DNA of 53,356 nucleotides, counting the filler, from Jimgerdemannia flammicorona (Eukaryota), in the NCBI GenBank assembly GCA_003990765.1. It is 3 parts of 3 records of this genome, joined end to end, with 100 filler letters (N's around TTAATTAATTAA, not from the genome) between each part and the next. Parts side by side here need not be neighbours in the genome. Positions count along the whole stretch, not along the records: positions 35,644 to 53,356 come from RBNJ01002442.1; 2 more parts are not named here. One strand, 5' to 3'. Both the position numbers and the translations under genes were made by a program. Of this stretch, positions 36,208 to 47,454 are shown one piece after another (positions within the stretch are counted from its first letter, which is position 1; each line of letters starts with the position of its first letter). The notes beneath the pieces are model-generated. The model had not been told where the DNA came from and made no database searches. It saw only the letters and a list, made by a program, of their open reading frames with translations.

Positions 36208-38689
36208 CTAGTAATTGAGGTCCTGATCACAAATCTCATTATAGTTATCAAATTAGTCACTCATACTTAGTCAGAAATCACAGACCAACTTGTATAAATA
36301 CCCCCCATTTCTATCTGATATAAAGCAGTTTTAGTTCAGTCCTTGATATAAGCATCAAGTTCCCCCCCCACACACACATTCCCCTGAGTCTTAGTAATGG
36401 TATCTAAGTGTCTCTAGTATTTCTGACTAAACTCCAGAAGCCTAGCTAACTTCTGCCAGAACTGAGACTGGTATATAAATCCCCAAAAACTTAAGTAAAC
36501 CCATTGAATCTGAATTCCAAGGCAAATTCAGTCTGTGTACAGCAAAGAACAAGACCCTTGAAAGATAGGACAAAAGAGAAAGACCTTTGAAAGATAAGGC
36601 ACTACTACTATAACTACTTTTAAGCAAGCACTTCCTCAAACTGAAGGCTTCTTGATACACATTGTATACTAAGTCCCTAAGTAATAGTCTTACTTCTCTA
36701 ATTATCCAAAGGATAAGTGAGGGATAGAAGTGAGAGTTATTACAACTTGGTAGCAGCAGGTTATCAGCCAAGAAGGTACCAAGAACACACTTCTGAGAAG
36801 TTGGAACAAGACCAACCTTAGACAGGAGTAACTTCCAGAACTAACTGTAGATCTCCAAACCAGAGCCAGAGAAGCCCTTGCCATTAGGACTAGGTGGTAC
36901 CAGGAAACCACAGACCCAGATACCTACCAGCTAGTAATTGACCAAGTTTACAAAGATCTATACCAGGCCTTTAGGACTTACCATCCAGGACTTAGGAATA
37001 TAGTCAGCCACCATAGGTTCTATGAACTTCTCCATAAACATATTGGAACTACTAGGACTCCAGAATCTACTGCTGTAGCTACTCAGAATTTTCTAAATTA
37101 TATCACACCCCCTGCTGCAAAAGAAGCAGCTGCCAAGTAGATTACATCTGATAGATACCATCATACTCCAACCAAGACCTCACTCTACTATAGGCTAGTT
37201 ATATACTATACCTCTGCCATAACCAGGTACAAGAATGAGCAAGCAGGCCACCCATCCCCTACTGCTGAACAAGGAGCAGGTCCATCTACTTAGCCAGAAA
37301 CTAATATCCTCTTTGAAGGACCTAGTCAGTATAAGGATACACTATCTCATCAGGAAAGGGAGTCAGATGAAGACTCTACAGGTTACTAGTTTGATGATAG
37401 CCAACTAGAAATAGCAGACCTAGAAATTTATCAAGGAACTATAGGTCAAGAAGATCAGACCCCAGAACAAACCCAGCCACCTATACAGAGGTTTGATTTA
37501 CCCTTTCTCACAGGACTCTTTGATCTGATATCTGGGAATTAAGTAACCCCAAGTTGTATAGCATCACAACTCTACTAAGCAGAACAATCTTCAGGAGAAT
37601 CTACCCCTACAGATAGTCAATACAATAGTAGATGCCAATATTGCAGCACTGACTACCTAGCTAGCTGTATTAGCAGGAATAGTAGGACAGATTACTGAAC
37701 AGAATAAGCCAACCAAGACCTTGTGAATTCCAACATTCAGTAGAAAAAACAGTAATATCAAAAACTTCATCAATATAGTTGATACAGACTACTGAGCAAA
37801 CCAATGGAATGACAACCAAGTATTAATAGGAATGCTCACCAACAACCAGAACAATATCCTCTAATAGTTATTTACCACATCAGTAGCATAAGTGGAAACA
37901 GTAGCTATATTTTTCACTGGAACAGCAGCTGAATTCTGGCAAACCTTGGCAGTATCCAGTAACCTGGGAAGACTGCCCTCAAGTCAATGGACAAGCACCT
38001 GCTAATAATAGACCAGGTTGGGATGACTATAAAGCAGGCCCAGGACTCAAGGCCCTGCTACTGACCAAATTCCAAAATGCAGTCTATATATAGAAACTTG
38101 GAACAAACTGTCCTAGATGAAGTTCTACAAGAATAGCAAGGAGGATCTAGAAAACTTTGTCACCAGAATGGATGCCTATCTCAAAACCATTAGACTTACC
38201 TACCAGGAGACCAATTAGGCCATCAATGGTACCAGAGCCAACCATCTCTTTGCAGCCCTACCAGACTGGCTCACCCAGAAGATTAAGAAACAAGGCCTCC
38301 CCCAAGGATGCCCCCACTACTCATAGTGCTTTGCCCAAGTACAAAGAAGAGCCCATGAAATCCTTGCTGCACAGGCCCTACAAAATCAAGAATACAAGAA
38401 GGATGACCAAGATAGGAGGAATCCCACCAGGAGAAATGATTAAAGAAGTAATCAAAGGAATGATCAAAGAAACCAGCAAAACCCCAGAGGACCAAGATCT
38501 CTCACTGAGGATAAAAAGAAGCAGCTCTGTGAAAAGAGATTGTGCTTCAACTGCAAGAAGGCAGGACATATCTCATTCAAATGCCCTAAAAAGAGAAACA
38601 GATTAGGTGAACTCAGTAACCAGAACATTACTGTTATTGGAGAAGGTCTAGAAAAGAAGAACCCCAAGAATATCATCAAAGTATAGAAG

Positions 38690-39085
38690 ATATGGTACAA
38701 GGCTATCATCCCTATTAAGGCTCACCCAACCAATGCTGGATATGACCTCTACAGTAGCCAAGACCTCACCATTCTACCAAGCACCAATGCTACAGTGTGA
38801 ACAGAGATTACAATACAAGCTCCCAAAGGTATATACATCCACCTTGCTGAGTGAAGCAGCCTAGCTAAAGAGTTCAACATTGGGTTAGGAGGAAGAATAA
38901 TTGACCAAGAATTTACTGGTGAAATCTGTATCATCTTGCAGAATTTTGGAGATACATCATTTGAAGTCAAAGCAGACCAAAGAATTGTCCAAGCAATCAT
39001 TAAAGAAATCTGTCAAGATCTCACTATTGAAGAAGTCCCTGAGCTCTCCCAAACAGACCATGGTAAGAAAGAGTTTGGATCAACC
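38690..39085 (+). pseudogene. Retroelement-encoded trimeric dUTPase domain
   Basis: AGYDL, E*SSLA (RSS motif), GRIIDQEFTGEI, DQRIVQAI, HGKKEFGST correspond to the five dUTPase motifs, between the Gag knuckle and the protease. Confidence 0.9.
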
Positions 39086-42000
39086 AATAAACCTCTCAGT
39101 CAAAAGGTCACCACTATGAAGGAAGATGATGAAAACTAGTATAAGAGAATTGTGAATGGTTATACACCATGTAGATGATGCTCTCATTCTATTTGAATGT
39201 ACTACATAGAACATATTAGTGAATGCCATGCATGTCTCTTCAAGGGTTTCAAAATCAATTCTAAAAGAAACCAAGTCCAACAGACTGAGAAACCCAAACA
39301 AGACAACCCTCCTTGTGAAGGATGGAGAGAAACTGACTTTGAGAAGACTGACAGCAATTGGAACAACAATGAAGATGAAGAGCTCAATACCATCAAGAAG
39401 GAGGACAGTTGCATCAAGTTCACAAGTCAAGTCCACAGATAGAATATCAATGTCTTGCTTGATAGCAGTACTACTAGAAACTATATCAGCACTAAGACTG
39501 CCAAGAGGATTGGAGCCCAAAGCAGACTATACCACTGACCAAGATCTGTGAGTATCTCTTACTCAAGATTGACAAATATCAAGAGAAGTTGGACTTCAGT
39601 ATTGTAGATCTTCCAGGACAAGACATTATCCTAGGAAAAGTCTGGCTGACCCAATACAACCCAGATATCAACTAGAGGACCAACAAGGTTAATCTGATCC
39701 ATGAAGGGAGAAAGATCACCCTGATACCCTAAGAAGGTACCAATCATCAAGGAATTGAAATCATCTCTGCCATCCAAATGAAGAGACTCTCTCAAAAAAA
39801 GGAAAACACCCACTTCATCTACACTATACAAGAAGTCAACAAAGCTACAAGTAGCCCAATCCCAACAGAAGCTCAAGAACTGTTTGAAGAATTCCAAGAT
39901 ATATTCCAAGATCCTCAAGGACTTCCACCCAAGCACCAAATCTAACATGGAATTGATCTCATTCTAAGATCTGAACCCCTATATAAGAGTATCTATCAAC
40001 TAGCCCAACCTGAACTCAAGACCCTCAAGGATGAGTTGATCAAACTACTGGTCCAAGAATATATTGAACCCAGCCACTCTCTATTTGGAGCTCCCATTCT
40101 ATTTGTCAAGAAGAAGGATGGCTCTCTGCAAATATATATTGACTATAGAGCTCTCAACAAAATCACTATCAAGAACTAGTATACCTTATCTAGGATTGAT
40201 GAGTTATTGCACCAAATCTTCAAGGCCAAGACCTTCTCCCTACTAGACTTGTGAAATGGCTACCACCAGATTCTTATTAATGAGAAGGATATTGAAAAGA
40301 CAGCTTTCTGAATACAGTTTAGACACTACCAGTTTCAAGTCATGCCTTTTAGTTTGACTAATATGCCAGCAACATTCCAGTATCTGATAAATGACATCTT
40401 TGGACCACTCCTCAACATCTGTATCCTTGTATATATTGATGATATACTAATCTACAGTGAAACAGTAGAGTTGCACTACACCTATCTCAGATAGGTACTG
40501 ACTCTTCTGCAAGAACACCAGCTCTATGCCAAGATGAGCAAGTATAAGTTCTATCAAGACCAGATTGAGTACCTAAGACATATCATCTCTGCTGAAGGTA
40601 TCAATGTGGACTCTCAAAAGGTATCAGCTCTCAAGAATATTCCTATCCCTACTATCCTCAAGCTACTTCAGTACTTTCTGAGTATTGCTGGTTACTACCA
40701 AAGATTTATCCAAGAATACTCTGCTATTGCAGCCCCACTAACCAGCCTGGCCTGCAAAGGAGTAAACATCAAGACTGAATGGACTTCCAAATATATCCAG
40801 GCTATAGACCATCTCAAAAGACTCCATACTGAGGCCCCAGTACTAATTGCACCTGACCCTACCAGGCCATTCACTCAGACCACAGATACCTCTGACATTG
40901 CTATTGGGGCAGTATTCAGCCAAAAAGACCACCCAGTAGCCTATCTTTCCCAAATGCTTAAGCCAGCTAAGATCTAGTATACTATCTATAATAAGGAACT
41001 CCTGGCCATTATTACTATACTCCAAGAATGGTACCATTTCCTTCTGAGATAACTATTTATAGCCTATACTGATTACTATGATCTGTGGTATATTCACACA
41101 CAGCCTATACTGACCCACAGACAAGCCCACTGGATGGAAATCATTACCAACTTTAATATAGAAATCAAGTATATCTCAGACAAAACCAACTATGTGGCTG
41201 ATGGTTTCTCTAGATACATAGAAGATGAACTTGTCTTCATGGTTGAGATAATTAGAGACCTTATCCAGATGATCAAGGATAGCTACTAGCAAGACAGCCC
41301 CCTGATGAAATTCCTTCAATTCTGCCAAGTCCCAGAGGCCAAGGTCCCAGAACTCATAAGGCAAATGTCCAAGAGATTCACTTACTGTGATGGACTTATC
41401 TACAGAGACCATGACAGAGTGGTTGTGCCCAACAATGATATTCTGTGGCTCAAGATTATACAGGAACTTTATAATACTCCTACAGTAGGACATTTTGGTT
41501 TCAAGAAGACCTATAACCTCCTCTCAAGAGAGTTCTACAGACCAAAGATGACCAAGGTTATTAAAGACTTTATAGCCTCATATAAGATGTATCAAAGGTT
41601 CAAAAGTAGTAATAAGCTACCAGCAGGACTTCTGCAACTGCTACTAATCCCAAGTCACAACTGAGATCAGATTGCAATGGACTTCATTGTCCAACTCCCC
41701 AAGACCAAGGCAAGATAGGATACCATTGTGGTATTCATAGACCACCTAAGTAAACAAGCCTATTTTGCATCCACCAAGACCACTGCTACTATACCAGAGA
41801 TTGCTGAGATTTTTCTCAATTAAGTATTCAGACTATATGGCATGCCTAGCACCATTATATCTGACTGAGATGCCAAGTTCACAAGTAACTTCTGAAAGGC
41901 ATTCTTCTCTCTCCATGGAACCAATCTGAAGTTCTCTACTACCTACCACCCTCAGACTGATGGTCAAACTGAGTGAACCAATAGGACTCTCAAGCAGATG

Positions 42001-43385
42001 CTTAGCATCTTCTGCTGTTACAAGCAGAATGATTGGGACAAGTACCTAGCCTATATATAACAACAGCCAGCAAACCACTATGAAGAAGACTTCATTCTTC
42101 CTAAACCATGGTCAATACCCAAGGACCCTGAGTACTACTGTGAAATCAGTAGTTCCAGTAGGTTGAGACCATTTCTGATCTTACCTAAATGACAAGAGAT
42201 GCTCTCATAGAAGCACAGGACTACTAGACCAAGTATGTGAACTTGAAGTGAAGAGAAGTCTCCTACAATATTGGTGATATGGTTATACTTAGAACAGATC
42301 ACCTCCACCCAGATACCCTAGCATAACAACTAGCTAAGAAACTCTCTACTAGAAGAATTGGACCATACAAGATTGTGGAAAAAGTCAGTGAAGCTAACTA
42401 TAAGTTGCAACTTCCTTACAATATCTAGTATACCCAGTATTTCATATCAGTCAATTGGTGGACTACTATGAGAATCTATTTCCCAAGCATATAGTTCCAC
42501 CACTACTCTCAATTAGAATCAATGATCCAGAGGAATTCAAAATTGAGGAAGTACTTGACCATAAGGTCTGCAAATATTTCAAAATAGTCAAGTGCTTTTT
42601 CCTCATTAAGTGGAAGGGTTACCATACCCATAATACTATCTGAGAAAAGGAAGAAACTCTGGAGAATACACATGAAGCCCTCTAGAACTATATGGAAACA
42701 CTTACTCTCTAGCAAAGGAAGGAACTATATATAGCTCTAAAGAATTAGAGCATATAGCAAATAAGGAGGATACTATATATTTTATCCAAAACATATAATA
42801 CTAAATATTGCAGAAAAAAGAAACATTATAGTTAACCAACAAGAAGAGGCTCAGGCAAAGGATAATCTTGCATAGTATAGCAAAACACATTTGAATAACT
42901 CCATTTCATACCATCTGTGTCATCTCTGCTAGATGATGATGAATGCTTTATATGGAACTTAGAAAAGCTGATGATGTTGAAACCAATCTAAGCCCATCTA
43001 TATAACAGATATTGTTACTAGGAATTGCCTTGGATTATAAGAAATTCTATTTCTGAGAGGTTTGAACCCCCAGCTATAATAATGGGAGCTCTTGCCCTAG
43101 ACAAGAATGGCCAGTCCTCACAAATGTACCAACTAGATAAAAAAAAAAGAGGACCAAGATCTGTTAACTCTGTGTAACTACAACTATAAGTGATGATATC
43201 TTTGAAATCAGGAGTTTCTCATATGACCAGCACATGCCCCACTTATAGCAACAGGTCACACATTTTGCTAGAAAGTATGACCAAAAAAAGGTCATACCAG
43301 ATAGGTGAATAAGTATAAATACCCAAGGCAAAAATACCCTGCAACTCTAATCCCCCTCTTCTTATAAAGAAAAGACAAGACAAGA

Positions 43386-44209
43386 ATGCCTACTACCTGC
43401 TGCCAAACTGTCTACCATAGCCAGTCCCTCTCAAGCCATATAGACCACCTTTTTGGACACATCCAGGTTGCTATCTAAGGAAGGAACTGCTGCTCTGAGG
43501 CCATTAATCTCTCTAGCCCAGACCTGACAATATGTCCTTGACTGCTGTGAACTTATCAAAAGAGCCTATCTTACCACCAGCCACCTAGAGATCTGGCATA
43601 AATACAAAATCAGCCACCAGCTTCTATAATATACAACTGGCCTACCCACTGACCAGGTCTCAGACTAGACTCACCTGGACAGACATAAACAGAGACTTAC
43701 CAAGAAGGTCTATTAAATAATGTGCCATGTACTCTTTACAATCCCCAACCTCAACTATATCCAACTGAAGGATTTCTAGAATCTCTCTTTCCCCAAGATT
43801 GATAAGCTAGAGATCAAGGTTGTCTAAGAAGCCCACTCCTGGATTATTTTCAAGTCTACTGACTGCAAACGCCACTAGAGTGCCCTCATGAATGACAATC
43901 CAGACGAATGGCTAAGGCCTCTCTGACCTCTTTGAAGGACCACCTATCTGAATAGATATTCCCAGACATAAGGATCAAGAACCCTACTTGGATGGTCTCA
44001 ACTGCATCAGATAGAGAACCCCTACACCAGTACTCATTCCAATACAAGAACTATTTGCAGACCTCATTGACTTCTCCATCCTGAACAGTGAGTCATCAGC
44101 AACCACCTCTCTTGCTACTGAAGAGGATGGCAATAATACTGAGGAAGACTCTCTACCTTTCTCTCTCCTAGTTCTCAATTTCCAAATCAATGAGGATGTT
44201 GATTTCTAA
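43386..44209 (+). pseudogene. Accessory ORF between chromodomain and PPT, homologous to the solo-LTR ORF at 2100-2945
   Basis: MPTTCCQT..HLEIWHKYKISHQL..KKVY*IM..IPNLNYIQLKDF*NLS..IDKLEIKVV..LMNDNPDEWL..ELFADLIDFS..LVLNF; TATAAATACCC at about 43313; stop abuts the PPT. Confidence 0.8.
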
Positions 44210-44982
44210 GGAGAGAAGGATGTAATAGAACAAATAAATAGACAAGATGTGATGAATGATCACATGACCCAGCAATGACATCATTATATAATTGAGTGCA
44301 ACATATGAATGATGAATGAATGAATGATGTGAAAAACAATATCCTGTTTATCTCTAACAATTGGCACTGTAGCAACTATTACCACAGCAACTGATTATTG
44401 CCTAGTAATTGAGGTCCTTATCACAAAGTTGTTTTTATCAAAAATTATCTGACAAAGGTCATAATCACAAACCTCATTATAGTTACCAAATTAGTGACTC
44501 ATACTTAGTCAGAAATCACAGACCAACTTGTATAAATACCCCCAGTTTCTATCTGAAATTAAGTAGTTTTAGTTTAGTCCTTAATATAAGTATCAAGTTC
44601 CCCCCATACACACATATTCTCCTAAGTCTTAGTAATGACATCTAAGTAACTCTGGTGTTTCTGACTAAACTCTAAAAGCCTAGCAAACTTCTGCCAGAAC
44701 TGAGACTGGTATATAAATCCCCAAAGACTTAAATAAATCCATTGAATCTGAATTCTAAGATAAATTCAGTCTGTGCACAGCAAAAAACAAGACTCTTGAA
44801 AGATAGGGCAAAAGAGAAAGACCTTTGAAAGATAAGGTACTACCACTACAACTACTTTTAAGTGAGTACTTCCTCAAACTGAAGGCTTCTTGGTATATAT
44901 TATATACTAAGTCTCTAAGTAATAGTCTTACTTCCCTAATTAGCCAAAGGATAAGTGAGGGGTAGAAGTGAGAGTTATTACA

Positions 44983-45724
44983 CCTTCTACTAGACAGTGA
45001 TGTTGCCCACCCTGGGGACTCCAACCAATCTATCAACCAGTCAGCAAATCTCCCATCAATCTCTCCCATCTCAATAGCTTCTCCTGTATACCTATCTGTT
45101 ATCCCTCCTTGAAAACAAAGAGCCAGTATCTAGCCAGCCCTACCCATACTACTAAAACCCACTCACAGTAAGCCAACCATTATCCACACTACCTACTAAC
45201 TGAGATCTCAAATCCTCCCAGCAATCTCTCTCTCAATATGGCCTCCTCTCTACCCCCAGCCAGTTCCCTACTACTATCCAAAAGTTCCCCAGAACCTCAC
45301 ACTCTCCCAGCCAATGTTCTGGTATCTGCACAAATCCCCCAACTTGTCCTATATTATAACACTCTCACAATCTAATTGGCCACTATCCACCAGATGTCCA
45401 GCATGAAAATTCAACATGACATTCCTCTGCAGCATCCACCACCATACCACTCAGAACTTAGAAGGAAGTCACCTCCACACCTCAGCACTCCATAACCAGA
45501 CTCCTGCCCAGTCCCACTCCTTACCAATCCCCACTACCTACCAACTACTTGGCCAAAGATCCTGGCCAAGACCTCACTAACACTCCATACTATCACCAAT
45601 ATCAAACTCAGTAAGTAGAATATCCCCCAGAAGCAGTCTGTCCCATTACCACATAGCTGAGCCCCATAGCATCTCCCACTCATTGCTTTGCCATTATAGG
45701 CTGATTCAGTATAGGCATCTTTTA
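44983..45724 (-). mobile_element. Fragment of LINE ORF2 C-terminus (related G-rich family)
   Basis: Minus strand encodes NIGQVGGFVQIPEHWLGECEVLG, as in the other copies; bounded by the Gypsy 3' LTR and a new LINE 5' end. Confidence 0.8.
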
Positions 45725-47454
45725 CCAGTAACATTCGGGTGACACAAGACTCTGACAACACTTTTTACAACGTTTTTGGTGCCTGATGACTAACAACATG
45801 GACAGCAACAATTGAACTAGTGAGCGTACTGGCCAGGGGGGTGATGGTGCCTTTGGCTGGCAGCAGGTGGGGAGGAGGGGAGATGGCTTGGGGATGCCAG
45901 GGGCCTCGATGGCTAGCCGAGGCCCTGGTGGCGGAGGGAGGGGCGGTCTGAGGCAGAGAGAAGGGGAGAGGTCAACCTTTGCTGATAAGGTCAGAATGGG
46001 GAAGATGGCTTCTAGGCTAGATGGTTGGCTGGGCCTGGGGAAGGCATCGATGGCTACAGCTGGGGGGCAGGGAGGTGTACCCTGGAGTACTTCTGGTGGT
46101 AGGGAAGGGGCCAGTGTAGGGGCTGGAGATGTGACTGTTGATGGGGCTGTGACTGGGGATCTGGCAAAAAATCCAGATGTGATGGTGGTTGGCAATTCCG
46201 GACTTGGAGTGGGCACGAGGCCTGGAGACCTGGCTGATGGGGTGATAGGCATGGTGTTGGCCCCATTACTCAAGAAGTTGAGGTCAGAATTCATGGTCAC
46301 CATGTGCTTCCGGGGCTTGGCTGTAATGGCGAGGATGATTTTGGGGCTGGTGGTACAGGAGGCTAAGGGAGCAGCGTCATTGAAGTTCTTGAAGGGAAAG
46401 GAAGGAGTTGAGGTGGGGTTTGAGGAGGAAGATGCCTTGTTGGCAGTCATAGAGAAGAGGGTGAGGGTTGGCGGCATTGTGGTCCCTATGGCCTGGTGCA
46501 TACACTGGGACCCCCGAGTGGTGCAGTGGACAGTGCTGGACCTCCCGACTGTGTCAAAGGAAAGGACCAGGGAGTTGGTTGTGGAGGTGGTCAAGGAGTA
46601 TGGTGAGATTGTGGATGTTGGGTTCAAGATCTGGGAGGGCACAGAGCTTAGGACTGGCAATATTGATGTCAGGGTGAGGCTGGCTGGAAAGGAGAGTATG
46701 GGGAAGTCGAGGGACTGGCTAGCAGCACTGAGGTGGGGACTGGTGGAGTGTAAGGTCACCAGGGTGAAGGGGACTCTGGAGGAGGAGGAGGACCTGTTGG
46801 AGGCTCTGGAGGACCTAGAAGGGGCAGTGGCAAGGAGGAGATTGGCCTGGAAGGAGTTTGAGGCCAGGATGGTAGTGGGGGAGGTGGATGGGAAGAGGAT
46901 CAGGATGGAGAAGGGGGCCTGGGAAAAGATGCAGGGGAGGAGGATCCAGAAGGAGCTGTTGGCGAAGTTGGGCAGGGGTGGGGCTGGTGGAAGCTCAGGG
47001 GAGGGAGTTACAGGGTCGCGGGAGAGCACCTGGGCTGAGGGGGGAGAGATGGCCCAGGGTGGTGATCAGATTGGAGGTGGGGAGGGGAGGGAGGGCAATT
47101 TGGAGGTGGATGCCAAAATGGGCGAGGGTGTGCACCCTCAGTATAGCATTCCGGGTGGGGCAGAGGGAGAGGAGGAGCTGATGGATGTGCCGGATGAGGA
47201 GTGGGATGAGTCAGTGAGAAGGAGTATGCTGGTGGACCCTGAGGTGGATGGAGGACAAATCGCTCAGGGGGCGGCGGAGGTAGTGGATGAGGAGAAGTGG
47301 ATGTGGAAGACCTTGGAAGAGGTAGCAGCTGAGGAGCTGGGGGGAGAGGACTTCAGGGTGTTGGAGGAGAAGCATTGGGAGGAGATCCTATGGGGAGAGG
47401 AGGTGCCGAGAAAGATGAGGAATGAGATCCTGGCAGTCTCCTGGAGTCAGTTAA

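Larger units (their letters stand above)
36208..44982 (+). mobile_element. Decayed Ty3/Gypsy chromovirus: partial 5' LTR 36208-36744, gag, dUTPase, PR, RT, RNase H, IN, chromodomain, accessory ORF, PPT, 3' LTR 44221-44982
   Basis: Matching LTRs, the 3' one TGTAATA...TATTACA; PBS-like TGGTAGCAG at 36748; CFNCKKAGHISFKC about 38547; LLDSS about 39455; YIDDILIYS about 40432; TDTSDIAIGAV; IAMDFIVQLP; YHPQTDGQTE; IGPYKI; FKIEEVLDH..FLIKWKGY; PPT AAGGAGAGAAGGA. Confidence 0.95.

Noticed and set aside
42730..43140. Second accessory ORF after the chromodomain (contains YHLCHLC)
   Set aside because: Too many stops and no second copy in the window for support.
45722..47029. 435-aa minus-strand ORF and similar Ser/Pro-rich antisense ORFs over the LINEs
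   Set aside because: Shadow of G-rich LINE ORF1; no independent motif.
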